A stretch of DNA of 64,000 nucleotides from NCBI GenBank assembly GCA_963832165.1, contig CAWHTE010000004.1, forward strand, positions 288,001-352,000, read 5' to 3'. The translations under genes and the position numbers were made by a program. Below, piece by piece: positions 38,782 to 48,109 of this stretch; positions within the stretch are counted from its first letter, which is position 1, and each line of letters opens with the position of its first letter. The stretch comes from an uncultured delta proteobacterium (GTDB taxonomy: Bacteria; Myxococcota_A; UBA9160; SMWR01). Below the pieces are notes generated by a model. That model had not been told where the DNA came from, made no database searches, and saw only the letters and a list, made by a program, of their open reading frames with translations.

Positions 38782-38891
38782 CGCAGAAGGCGGGATCCGC
38801 TCGCTGCGCTCGCTTCTCCCGCCCTACGAAACGCGTAGGGCGGGAGGAGCCGAGGCGCCGCAGGCGCCGAGAGCGGATCCCGCCTCCTGCG
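38782..38891. repeat. Inverted REP-like doublet (GTAG type) forming a long hairpin between convergent genes
   Basis: 38782-38802 pairs with 38871-38891; 38813-38828 pairs with 38834-38849 (CGTAGGGCGGGAG). Confidence 0.75.
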
Positions 38892-38907
38892 CGCCCGCGT
38901 CGCGTCT

Positions 38908-40005
38908 TCAGGCCAGCGCCGGGATCACCCGCTCGCCGAGCAGCTCGATCGACCGCATCACGGACTTGTGCGGGATCTTGTAGGGGTTGACCAGGCAGAA
39001 CAGCATGTCGCAGCCCGACGCCGCATAGCGCGCGCCGATCTCGATGCAGCGCTCGGGGTCGCCCACCATCGCGGCCCCCGAGTCGCGGATGTAGTCGAAG
39101 TTCATCTGGTCGAGCGTGCCGGCGTCGCGGCTCTTCTGGATGTCGCCCGCGTAGGCGTAGTTGCCGAGGTCGCGGCCCTCCATCCAGTCGGCGAGCGAGG
39201 CGATCTGCTTCGCGCCGACCGTCGGATACCAGACCATCGACTCGGCCGCGTCGCTGAACGCGCGATCGTTCGTGTCGGCGCAGTGCACCATCGTGAACGT
39301 CGCGGCCCGGTTGTTCATGAACTTGCCGACCGGCTTCTGGCACTCCGCGATGCCTTTGCGGTACTCGGCGACCTTCTCCTCGAACGACTCGGGCGGGAGC
39401 CCGACGCTGAACGAGCACAGACCGATGCCGAGGCGTCCGACCTGCCGGTGCCCCTCGAGGCTCGTCGTCGCGCCCCAGATCGGCGGGTGCGGGTCCTGGA
39501 GCGGCTTCGGCAGCACACGCCGGCGCGGCATCGACCAGTAGGTTCCGTGGAACGAGTACTCGTCGTTGGTCCAGCAGCCGACGATGTGCTCGAGCGCCTC
39601 GTGCCACATCGCGCGCGTGTGCTTCGGGTCGATGCCGAAGCCCTCGAGCTCGGCGCGCGTCGCCGAGCGGCCGGTGCCGAACTCGACGCGCCCGTCGGAG
39701 AGCAGGTCGAGCACCGCCACCGACTCCGCGGTGCGCACGGGGTGGTTGTACGGCCGCGGCAGCAGGCGCACGCCGTAGCCGAGCCGCAGCTTCGACGTCT
39801 TCGCGGCGATGTGCCCGTACAGGATCTCCGGGTTCGAGCAGTGCGAGAACTCCTCGAGGAAGTGGTGCTCGACGGTCCACAGGCTGTGGAAGCCCGCCTG
39901 CTCGCCGAGCACGGCCTGCTCGACGACGTTCTTGTACGCCTCGTGCTCGCTGTGGCGGCTCCAGGGCCGCGCCACCGGAATCTCGTAGAACAGGGCAAGC
40001 TTCAT
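38908..40005 (-). CDS. Luciferase-like (LLM) flavin-dependent oxidoreductase
   Basis: WTVEHHF, HPVRTAESVAVLDLLSDGRVEFGTGRS, PKPLQDPHPPIW. Confidence 0.92.
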   Translation of the reverse strand: MKLALFYEIPVARPWSRHSEHEAYKNVVEQAVLGEQAGFHSLWTVEHHFLEEFSHCSNPEILYGHIAAKTSKLRLGYGVRLLPRPYNHPVRTAESVAVLDLLSDGRVEFGTGRSATRAELEGFGIDPKHTRAMWHEALEHIVGCWTNDEYSFHGTYWSMPRRRVLPKPLQDPHPPIWGATTSLEGHRQVGRLGIGLCSFSVGLPPESFEEKVAEYRKGIAECQKPVGKFMNNRAATFTMVHCADTNDRAFSDAAESMVWYPTVGAKQIASLADWMEGRDLGNYAYAGDIQKSRDAGTLDQMNFDYIRDSGAAMVGDPERCIEIGARYAASGCDMLFCLVNPYKIPHKSVMRSIELLGERVIPALA

Positions 40006-40652
40006 TTCTGGACCTTCAATTTGGGTGGAGAAGACCTGCGCGCGAGCGCGTTGCGCCCCACCTCGGCGAGCTGGAGCAGTCGCTCGCGCAGGGGATAGTT
40101 CGGGAGCGTGACCCAGTTGATCAGGATTCCGAGGTACGTGGCCACGGCGAGCTCGGCGTAGAACTCGAGGTTGTGATCCGGATCGATGTCTCCGCGCGCG
40201 ACGCCGTCTTCGAGCATGGATCGGATCGCAACGTGGAGCCTGAGCGTGCGCTCGGAGCCCTCGCCATCCACCTGCGCCACGCGCACGAACTCGAGCAGCA
40301 CCTCGCGCGTGAACTGCCGCGAGACGCGCTCCGCCGCGTCCGCGGTGAGCTCGAAGAAGTGGCGGAACCGCTCGGCGGTGGACCCGGGATGAATGCGCGC
40401 TTCCGCGAGCATGCGCGCCGTCTCGTCGAGCGAGCGGTTCGCGAGCTCTTCGATCAGGTGCTGCTTGGTCGGGAAGTGGTTGTAGAACGTCTTCTCGGCC
40501 ACGTCGGCGGTGTCGGCGATCTCGAGCGCCGTGGTGGCCGCGAAGCCCTTCTGCTCGAAGAGCGCGATTCCCGCCTCGAGGATCCGCTCGTGGATCTCGC
40601 GACGGCGTCGCTCGCGCCGGCTCGGCAAGAGATCGGGGGTCGCCGACGTCAT
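40002..40652 (-). CDS. TetR/AcrR family regulator
   Basis: RRERRR, ILEAGIALFEQKGF, TFYNHFPTK; stop overlaps LLM start. Confidence 0.9.
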   Translation of the reverse strand: MTSATPDLLPSRRERRRREIHERILEAGIALFEQKGFAATTALEIADTADVAEKTFYNHFPTKQHLIEELANRSLDETARMLAEARIHPGSTAERFRHFFELTADAAERVSRQFTREVLLEFVRVAQVDGEGSERTLRLHVAIRSMLEDGVARGDIDPDHNLEFYAELAVATYLGILINWVTLPNYPLRERLLQLAEVGRNALARRSSPPKLKVQK

Positions 40653-40708
40653 GGGCAGTCTCCGGTACCGTGGGCGCGTCGAGGGTGTGAACCCGGAGAG
40701 GGGAGTGA

Positions 40709-40724
40709 GCTGTAATCCTACAGC
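40709..40724. promoter_or_regulatory. Palindrome, candidate TetR operator
   Basis: GCTGTA-ATCC-TACAGC in divergent intergenic region upstream of TetR. Confidence 0.4.
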
Positions 40725-40770
40725 CCGCGGCATGATGCGTCGGATCGCCGCGCGAGTCCAGAGGGAAGGG

Positions 40771-40983
40771 ATGACGATCGAGATCGGGAAGCTGTGGGCG
40801 TGGTGCCGCAGGCATCCGGTCGCGTGCGCGGCGTTCGTGATCGGAACGGCCGCGGGATCGGTGTCGGCGGTGGCGTTCGAGATCGGACCCGAGGAGATGG
40901 CGACCTGGAAGCGCGCGCTCGGCGGCGCGGTTGCGGGTGCGTGGCTGGCGATGTTCCCGCTCGGCGCGCGGCTGTTCGACTGA
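40771..40983 (+). CDS. Small (70 aa) two-TM membrane protein, hypothetical
   Basis: Purine-rich RBS, two hydrophobic segments, stop overlaps SDR start (TGATG). Confidence 0.6.
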   Translation: MTIEIGKLWAWCRRHPVACAAFVIGTAAGSVSAVAFEIGPEEMATWKRALGGAVAGAWLAMFPLGARLFD

Positions 40984-41786
40984 TGGATCTCGGACTCGAC
41001 GAACGCGTCGCGCTCGTGACGGGCGCCTGGCGAGGCACCGGACGCGGCATCGCGACCGTGCTCGCCGAGGAGGGCGCTCGCGTGTGGCTGCACGGCTTCG
41101 ATCTCGCGCTGGCCGAGCGCGAGGCGGCCGCGCTGCGCGCGGAGGGCTGCGACGTGCGCGCGGTGGCGGGCGACATCCGAAGCGATGCGGGCGCGGCGCA
41201 GGTGTGCGAGGAGCTGCTGCGCGACGGCGGTCGCGTCGACGTGCTCGTGAACAACTACGGAATCGCCGAGGGGCCGGGCTGGTTCGATGGCACTACCGAC
41301 GATTGGATCGAGAGCTACCAGAACAACGTGCTCGGGGGCGTGCGGCTCGTGCGCGGTCTCGTCCCGGGCATGCGCGAGCGCGGCTTCGGGCGCGTGATCT
41401 TCGTGGGCACGGTCGGATCGCTGCGGCCCGGCTCGCGCACACCGCACTATTACGCCGCGAAGGCGGCGCTGCCCAATCTCACGGTCGGGCTCGCGAAGGA
41501 GCTCGCCGGCAGCGGGATCACCGTGAACACGGTGAGCCCGGGCATCATCGCCACCGACGAGGTGCGCGAGAGCTTCCGGCGCCGGGCTGCAAAGCGGGGA
41601 TGGAGCGGCGACGACGTCGAGCTCGAGCAGCGCGCGGTTGCGGAGTTCATGCCGAATCCGAGCGCGCGCGCGGGGCGAGTCGAGGAGGTGGGTGCGCTCG
41701 TGGCGTTCCTGGCGAGCCGCCATGCGGGATACATCAACGGAGCGAATCTGCGCATCGACGGCGGGGCTGCTGACGCGGGGGTTTGA
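40983..41786 (+). CDS. SDR family oxidoreductase
   Basis: VTGAWRGTG, VLVNN, YYAAK, VNTVSPG, NLRIDGG. Confidence 0.9.
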   Translation: MDLGLDERVALVTGAWRGTGRGIATVLAEEGARVWLHGFDLALAEREAAALRAEGCDVRAVAGDIRSDAGAAQVCEELLRDGGRVDVLVNNYGIAEGPGWFDGTTDDWIESYQNNVLGGVRLVRGLVPGMRERGFGRVIFVGTVGSLRPGSRTPHYYAAKAALPNLTVGLAKELAGSGITVNTVSPGIIATDEVRESFRRRAAKRGWSGDDVELEQRAVAEFMPNPSARAGRVEEVGALVAFLASRHAGYINGANLRIDGGAADAGV

Positions 41787-41804
41787 AGTTGTCACCCAGG
41801 CCAC

Positions 41805-42037
41805 CCGGTGTCCGTTGCCTGGGCCGGGCGGATGTTTGTCGCTCCGGCCCGGGCTTCGGCAGTGAACGTCAGCCGCGCAGGGTTCGAGCCGGTGACCGAC
41901 GGGTCGTTCGCACCCCCCGCTTGCCTGCGCCCGTGCCTGCGCGACTAAATCATCCGCCCGGCCTAGGTCAGTGAGAGGCTCACGCTTCCAGAGCGTAAGG
42001 GTGGCTTGCTGCGGCAAGCCAACCGCCCCGGCCGCAC
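41805..42037. repeat. Structured intergenic element 2
   Basis: 41805-41830 identical to 50541-50566; terminal stem GGCCGGGCGGATG...CATCCGCCCGGCC; homologous to 18925-19100. Confidence 0.8.
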
Positions 42038-42052
42038 TTCATTGAGAGCCGC

Positions 42053-42634
42053 CTACGCGGCACCTCGCGCATCCCAGCCGCGGCGCAGCGCGCGGAGGAT
42101 GGACGGGTAGACGATCCAGTGCCGGAACGGGTCGATCGCCATCATGTACGCGCGCGTGATCGCGCCGACCGGACGCACGTAGATCGCCCAGTAGAAGCGG
42201 TAGCCGCCGGGCCGCGGCACGAGCGCCTGTACAGACCACGCCGCGACGGTCGCGTTCTCGATCTCCGACACGGCCTCGCGCGCGAACACGTAGACGACGC
42301 GGAACGGGCCGTCGCGCGTGCCGGGCGCCACCTCGGACGCGGCGCGATCCGCGTCGCCGAGCGCGGGCAGCAGGCTGTGAGGCGAAGCGCTCGGCGCGAC
42401 GGGCCGCTCGCGATCCCAGCCCAGCACGCGCCCGATCGCGAGCCGCAGCGCGAACAGCGCGCGCGTCGCGCGGTTCGCGGCCCCGAGGTCGACCAATGCG
42501 CGCACGTCGGCGATCCGACGGTCGGTGCCGCCGCCGGGCAGATCGAGCGCCCACACGTCGTGCAGCGGCACGTCCGCGAGCAGCGCGTGCGCGCGGAGAT
42601 CGAGCCGCCGGTACTCGGCGGGGTCGATCCGCAC
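42053..42634 (-). CDS. DUF2867-like protein
   Basis: LADVPLHDVW, LFALRLAIG, EIENATV, YMMAIDPFRHWIVYP. Confidence 0.6.
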   Translation of the reverse strand: MRIDPAEYRRLDLRAHALLADVPLHDVWALDLPGGGTDRRIADVRALVDLGAANRATRALFALRLAIGRVLGWDRERPVAPSASPHSLLPALGDADRAASEVAPGTRDGPFRVVYVFAREAVSEIENATVAAWSVQALVPRPGGYRFYWAIYVRPVGAITRAYMMAIDPFRHWIVYPSILRALRRGWDARGAA

Positions 42635-42643
42635 GCGGGCGCG

Positions 42644-45031
42644 CTACTTCGCCGGCTCGGGCGGCACTTCGAGTGCGCCGTCCGCGATCAGCCGATCGAT
42701 CGTCGCGTCGTCGAGTCGCAGCAGGTTTCGACAGATCTCGCGCGTGTGCTGGCCGTGGCGCGGCGCCTGCTTGATCACGAGGTCCTGCGTGCCCGTGGCG
42801 CGGAATGCCGGGCCCTCGAACGCCATCTTTCCGACGACCTGCTGGTCGATCCAGCGCACGTAGCCGCGCGCGAGGAAGTGCGGATCCTCGAGCTGATCGC
42901 TGCCCGTGAACACGGGACCACACGGGACGCCGTGGCCCTGCAGGAGCGCGGCGATCTCGTTCTTGTTGCGCTCGCGCGTCCACGCGCCGAGCTGCGCGTC
43001 GATCGCGTCGTGCGCGGCGCGGCGTCCGTCCACGTGCGCGAGCGCGGGGTCGGCCGCCCAGGCCGGGCTGCCGAGCGCGGTCACGAGGTTGCGCCAGTCG
43101 GCGTCGTCGCGGATCGAGATCACGCACCACTGCTGCTCGCCCGCGCACGGATACGCGCCAAAGGGCGCGCCGCGTTCGCTGCGATTGCCGCGCGGCTTCA
43201 CCGACCCGGGCTCGAGCCCCGCCTTCCAGAGCAGGTCGCCGAGGATCCCCGTCACCACCTCGACCTGCGCCACCTCGCCGTGCGCGCCCTCCTGCGTCTC
43301 TTCGCGCGAGTGGAGCAGCGCGAGCGCGTTGATCGCGGCGAGCCGGCCCGCGAGATGGTCGGGGAAGATCGACGTCGAGCCGGCCGGGGCTTCCTGATCG
43401 GAATAGCTCCAGAGATGGGAGAGGCCGCCGACCGGCTGCGTGCTCGGCCCGTAGCCGATCCAGTCGCTCCAGGCGCCGCGCGACCCGAGCAGCTGGCTGC
43501 TCACCATCACGCAGTAGGGATTCCATTTCTTGATCGTCTCCCAGCCGATCCCCATTCCCTGCATCGCGCCGGTCTTGCTGTTCTCGATCATCACGTCGCA
43601 CGCCTCGATCAGGCGCTTCACGATCGCGAAGCCCTCGGGCTTCTTGATGTTCACGCCGAAGCTGCGCTTGGAGCGCGACGACGACGCGTACGACGGCGAC
43701 AGCTCGGTGCTGAGCACGACGCGGATGAAGTCGGGGTAGGTCTGCGACTCGATCTTGATCACGTCGGCGCCGTACTCGGCAAACAGACGCCCGGCTTCCA
43801 CGCCGACGCCGCCGATCCCGAAGTCGAGCACGCGCAGGCCCGACAGCGGCAGCGACGGGTCGGGGCGCAGGTCGCTGGGTTGGGACTTCGGCATCACGCG
43901 CGTCTCGAGCACCTCGTCGGTGTGCTCTCCGAGCTGCGGCGCGCGGCGGCGCGGGCCCTGCCGCACACCGTCGATCTCGAAGAAGCCCGCCGCCATCGGT
44001 CCGGACACGCCCGGCACGACCTCCATGTCGACGAACGTCTTGCGCGAGAGCAGGTGCTCGTTCGCGAGCACTTCCTCGGGGCGCAGCACGGGCGTACACA
44101 CGATGCCGCGCCGCTGCGCTTCGGCGGAAACCTCCTCCATCGTCATCGTGCTGAAGTGCTCGGTGTAGAGCGGCATCAGGACGTCGGCGTTCTGGAGCCG
44201 CGCGATGAACGACTCGAAGAACGGGTCGGCGAACGCCTCGGGCTTGCCGAGCCATTCCCACATCGCGCGCCACTGGCGCGGCGAGAGCACCACCAGGCGC
44301 ACGTAGCCGCCCTTGCACGCGTAGATCGTGTAGAGCGGGCCCGAGCCCATGCGCACCTCGGTCGGGCGGATCCCCTGGCCGACCGAAACCGCGGCACTCG
44401 ACATCGACCAGTCGGTGGTCTGTGCGACCGCTTCGAGCACGGAGAAGTCGATGATCTGTCCGTAGCCCGAGCGCCGCTGCTCGCGCAGCGTCGCGAGCGT
44501 GGCGAACGTGGCCATGATTCCCGCGATGTCATACGCCATCGGAGAGGGCGCGATCAGCGGCGGCTTCGACGCGATGCCGGCCTTCCAGACCATGCCGCTC
44601 ATCGCTTCGAGCACGGCGTCGGTGCCGACCCAGTCGCGGTAGGGCCCGGTCTGTCCGAAATCGCTGATGCGCAGGATCAAGAGCTTCGGGTAGCGCTCGA
44701 TCAGATCCGCGAAATCGAAGCCGAGCGACTCGAGGTAGCCCGGCCCGAACGACTCGATCCAGACGTCGGCGCAGCGCAGCTGCGCGTGCAGCGCCTCGAC
44801 TCCGTACTCCGCCGTGAGATCGAGCGTGATCCCGCGCTTGCCCGCGTTTCGGAATGCGTAGTAGAGGCTCTCGCCCGCGTGGAACGGCGGTAGTCGCCGC
44901 GAGCGCGCTCCCTCGGGCGGCTCGACGCGGATCACGTCGGCGCCCAGGTCGGCGAGCAGGCGGCCGCACAGCTCGCCCTTCTCGTCGGCGAAATCGAGTA
45001 CGCGCAGGCCTCTGAGGGGTTGATCGGTCAT
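42644..45031 (-). CDS. Double-domain CaiB/BaiF CoA transferase
   Basis: Two copies of PLxGLRVLDF...GADVIxxE and APxxGxHT. Confidence 0.9.
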   Translation of the reverse strand: MTDQPLRGLRVLDFADEKGELCGRLLADLGADVIRVEPPEGARSRRLPPFHAGESLYYAFRNAGKRGITLDLTAEYGVEALHAQLRCADVWIESFGPGYLESLGFDFADLIERYPKLLILRISDFGQTGPYRDWVGTDAVLEAMSGMVWKAGIASKPPLIAPSPMAYDIAGIMATFATLATLREQRRSGYGQIIDFSVLEAVAQTTDWSMSSAAVSVGQGIRPTEVRMGSGPLYTIYACKGGYVRLVVLSPRQWRAMWEWLGKPEAFADPFFESFIARLQNADVLMPLYTEHFSTMTMEEVSAEAQRRGIVCTPVLRPEEVLANEHLLSRKTFVDMEVVPGVSGPMAAGFFEIDGVRQGPRRRAPQLGEHTDEVLETRVMPKSQPSDLRPDPSLPLSGLRVLDFGIGGVGVEAGRLFAEYGADVIKIESQTYPDFIRVVLSTELSPSYASSSRSKRSFGVNIKKPEGFAIVKRLIEACDVMIENSKTGAMQGMGIGWETIKKWNPYCVMVSSQLLGSRGAWSDWIGYGPSTQPVGGLSHLWSYSDQEAPAGSTSIFPDHLAGRLAAINALALLHSREETQEGAHGEVAQVEVVTGILGDLLWKAGLEPGSVKPRGNRSERGAPFGAYPCAGEQQWCVISIRDDADWRNLVTALGSPAWAADPALAHVDGRRAAHDAIDAQLGAWTRERNKNEIAALLQGHGVPCGPVFTGSDQLEDPHFLARGYVRWIDQQVVGKMAFEGPAFRATGTQDLVIKQAPRHGQHTREICRNLLRLDDATIDRLIADGALEVPPEPAK

Positions 45032-45089
45032 GGCTTTCCTCGCGCGAATGCGGGTCGGCGCAGTGTACGCCGATGGGGGTCGCGGCCGC

Positions 45090-45956
45090 TCACATGGGCG
45101 GCCGGTAGCGGATCATGCCTTCCTGCGCGCACGACGCCACGAGCCGCTCGTCGCGTGTGTAGAACGCGCCGCGCGCGAAGCCGCGCGCTCGGTCGGTGAT
45201 CGGGCTGTCCTGGTCGAAGTAGAGCCACTCGTCGGCGCGGAACGGACGGTGGAACCACATCGCGTGGTCGAGGCTCGCCGACCGGAAGCCCGGGGCGGCC
45301 ATCCCGATCGGGTGTGGCAGCACCGCGGAGACGAGCAGCGTGAAGTCCGACGCATAGGCGAGCAGCGCCTGGTGCAGGCTCACCTCATCGGGCAGCGCGC
45401 CCTTCGCGCGCATCCAGGTGCGCGTGCGCGGCGGGCGCGCAGTGCGGTCGAACAGGTGGAGCCCGCCGACCGAGCGCAGCTCGATCGGAAGGTCGAAGCG
45501 GCGGTCGTCGCGCTGGATCGCGGGCGCGTGGCGCTCGAGCTCGGCGCGGATCTCGTCTTCGTAAGGCAAGCCTTCCGGCTCACCCGGCAGCTCGATCGGA
45601 ATCTGGTGCGACAGGCCCTCCTCGGCCACACAGAACGATGCCTCGAAGTGGAAGATCGCCTCGCCGTGCTGGATCGCGATCACGCGCCGCGTCGAGTAGC
45701 TCTGTCCGTCGCGGATCCGATCGACCTGATACACGATCGGCACGGTCGGATCGCCCGGGCGCAGGAAGTAGCTGTGGAACGAGTGGGCGCTGCGACCCTC
45801 GACGGTGCGATAGGCCGCGATCAGCGCCTGCGCCATCACCTGGCCGCCGAAGATGCGATCGCGCCCGTTCTTCGGGCTCGTGCCGCGGAACCAGTTGCGC
45901 TCGAGCGTCTCGATGTCGAGCAGCTCGAGCAGCTGTTCCAGTTGTTGGCCGATCAC
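45090..45956 (-). CDS. tesB: Acyl-CoA thioesterase II
   Basis: IFGGQVMAQAL, HSYFLRPGD, LAYASD, ASLDHAMWFHRP, SCAQEG. Confidence 0.93.
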   Translation of the reverse strand: MIGQQLEQLLELLDIETLERNWFRGTSPKNGRDRIFGGQVMAQALIAAYRTVEGRSAHSFHSYFLRPGDPTVPIVYQVDRIRDGQSYSTRRVIAIQHGEAIFHFEASFCVAEEGLSHQIPIELPGEPEGLPYEDEIRAELERHAPAIQRDDRRFDLPIELRSVGGLHLFDRTARPPRTRTWMRAKGALPDEVSLHQALLAYASDFTLLVSAVLPHPIGMAAPGFRSASLDHAMWFHRPFRADEWLYFDQDSPITDRARGFARGAFYTRDERLVASCAQEGMIRYRPPM

Positions 45957-46000
45957 GGGGGGTTCCTCGCAGGGGGGCGCGGCCCGTACACTAGCCGTTG

Positions 46001-47251
46001 ATGGCGATTCACATCGACGACCTCGGCAGACCGCGGCTGCCGCTCGCGCTCCGCGCGCTGAATGCGCTCGGCGGCCCGATCGCGCGTCGGGTCGTGTCCC
46101 TCGATCTGGACGCTCTGCTCGCGACGGCGCGCCAGCGCACGGGGCTAGCCGACTACGGCGACGCGAGCTTTCGCGAGCCGCTGGCCGTGCTGCTCGAGGC
46201 GTTCGAGCGCGACGCCGAGCTCTCCGCGCTGGGCCGGATCGCCTCGCGCGGTCTCGTGCTGCAGCTGCTCGCGAACCGGCTGCGCATCGAGGATCTGTTC
46301 CGGCGCCATCCCGAGATCGAGCGGGAGCGGATCGAGCGGCCGATCATCATCGCGGGGCTCCCGCGCACAGGCACCACGCATCTGCACAACCTGCTCTCGC
46401 AGGACCCCTCGCTGCGCTCGCTGCCGTACTGGGAGAGCCTCGAGCCGGTGCCCGACCCGCGTGAGCCCGAGGTGGGCGGCCGCGATCCGCGCGTCGCGCG
46501 CTGCGAGAAGGCGCTCGCGACCGTGCACCGCGTGATGCCGCTGTTCCCGCTCATGCACGAGATGACTGCCGACGCGCGGCACGAGGAGATCCAGCTGCTC
46601 GCGATCGAGTTCTCGACGATGCTGTTCGAGTCGAGCTACTTCGTGCCGAGCTATGCGGCGTGGTACAAGAAGAGCGATCAGCGGCCCGCCTACCGCTATC
46701 TGCGCCGCTGTCTCCAGGCGCTCCAATGGCTGCGTGGGCCGAAGCGCTGGGTACTCAAGAGCCCCCAGCACCTCGAGCAGCAGCGCGCGCTGATCGAGAT
46801 CTTCCCCGACGCGACGTTCGTCCAGACGCACCGCGACCCGCTCCGGATCACCGCGTCGCTGTGCACGATGATCGCGTATGGCAACCGCATGAACGCGCGG
46901 CGCGTCGATCCGGTGGCGGTCGGGCGCTACTGGGCTGCGCGCACCGAGGATCTGCTGCGCGGCTCGATCGAGGGGCGCGCGGCTCTGCCTCCCGCGCAGG
47001 TGATCGACGTGCATTTCAAGCAGTTCATGAAGGATGACGTCGCGACCGCGGAGCGCGTGCTCGAGTTCGCGGGGCAACCCGCGAGCGATGGCGCGCGCGC
47101 GGCGATCCGCGCGTTCATGGATGCGAACCCGCGCGGCAAGCACGGCACGATCGACTACCGGCTCGAGGACGTCGGGCTCGATGCGGCCGAGCGCCGCGCC
47201 GCGCTGCGCTTCTACTCCGAGCACTTCGGCGTCGAAGAGGAGCGCGCGTGA
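46001..47251 (+). CDS. Sulfotransferase family protein
   Basis: PAPS-binding GLPRTGTT, RWVLKSPQH, THRDP. Confidence 0.9.
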   Translation: MAIHIDDLGRPRLPLALRALNALGGPIARRVVSLDLDALLATARQRTGLADYGDASFREPLAVLLEAFERDAELSALGRIASRGLVLQLLANRLRIEDLFRRHPEIERERIERPIIIAGLPRTGTTHLHNLLSQDPSLRSLPYWESLEPVPDPREPEVGGRDPRVARCEKALATVHRVMPLFPLMHEMTADARHEEIQLLAIEFSTMLFESSYFVPSYAAWYKKSDQRPAYRYLRRCLQALQWLRGPKRWVLKSPQHLEQQRALIEIFPDATFVQTHRDPLRITASLCTMIAYGNRMNARRVDPVAVGRYWAARTEDLLRGSIEGRAALPPAQVIDVHFKQFMKDDVATAERVLEFAGQPASDGARAAIRAFMDANPRGKHGTIDYRLEDVGLDAAERRAALRFYSEHFGVEEERA

Positions 47252-48063
47252 ACGGGCGTCTCGACGGCCGCGTCGCGCTCGTGACCGGCGGCGGCGGCGG
47301 GATCGGCCGCGCGGTGGCCGAGCGGCTCGCGCGCGAGGGCGCGCTGGTCGAGATCGCCGAGATCGACGCGGCGCGCGGTGACGACACGGCTGCGGCGATC
47401 GCACAGCAGGGCGGCGAGGCACACGCGGAGCGCATCGACGTGTGCGAGTCCGGCGAGGTCGGGCGTTGGATCGAGGGAGTGCTCGCGCGCCGCGCGCGCA
47501 TCGACGTGGTCGTGAACAACGTCGGGCACTATCTGCGCTCGCAGCCGTTCGCGGAGTCGGGTCCGGATCACTGGGCCGCGCTGCACCGGATCAACCTCGA
47601 GCACGTGTTCCACGTCACGCGCGCGGCGCTGCCGGCGCTGCGCGTCCACCGCGCGGGCTCGATCGTGAACGTGGCCTCGGTCGAGGGGCTGCGCGGCTAT
47701 CCGCCCGATCCGGTCTACGGAGCCTACAAGGCCGCGGTCGTGCACTTCAGCCGGTGTCTCGCTCTCGAGCTCGCGCCCGAGGTGCGCGTGAACGCGATCG
47801 CACCCGACCTCACGCAGTCGCTCCAGGTGGACTACGAGCGCTGGGTGCCCGCGGCCGAGCGCCACAAGTGGAGCTTGTGGGCGCCGCTGGGCCGGCCCGG
47901 CACCGGCGCCGATCAGGCCGACGTGGTGGCGTTCCTGGCCTCCGACGACGCGCGCTTCGTGACGGGGCAGGTGATCGCCACCGACGGCGGCTCGCTCGCG
48001 GCGGGCGGCTGGTTCCGCTCCGCGCGCGCAGGCCGCTGGGTGAACCGGCCGTTCGATCCGTGA
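47248..48063 (+). CDS. SDR family oxidoreductase
   Basis: VTGGGGGIG, NNVG, YGAYK, VNAIAPD. Confidence 0.9.
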   Translation: MNGRLDGRVALVTGGGGGIGRAVAERLAREGALVEIAEIDAARGDDTAAAIAQQGGEAHAERIDVCESGEVGRWIEGVLARRARIDVVVNNVGHYLRSQPFAESGPDHWAALHRINLEHVFHVTRAALPALRVHRAGSIVNVASVEGLRGYPPDPVYGAYKAAVVHFSRCLALELAPEVRVNAIAPDLTQSLQVDYERWVPAAERHKWSLWAPLGRPGTGADQADVVAFLASDDARFVTGQVIATDGGSLAAGGWFRSARAGRWVNRPFDP

Positions 48064-48065
48064 CT

Positions 48066-48109
48066 GCAAGTTTCGCGCAGCGAGCCGAAAGGCGAGCGAA
48101 GTCCATGAG
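48066..48109 (+). repeat. Junction repeat, copy C (44 bp)
   Basis: GCAAGTTTCGCGCAGCGAGCCGAAAGGCGAGCGAAGTCCATGAG; contains ATG of next gene. Confidence 0.9.

Noticed and set aside
40002..42017. 671-aa TetR fusion and 635-aa LLM ORF (38908-40815)
   Set aside because: N-terminal extensions are shadow frames; plausible starts are 40652 and 40005
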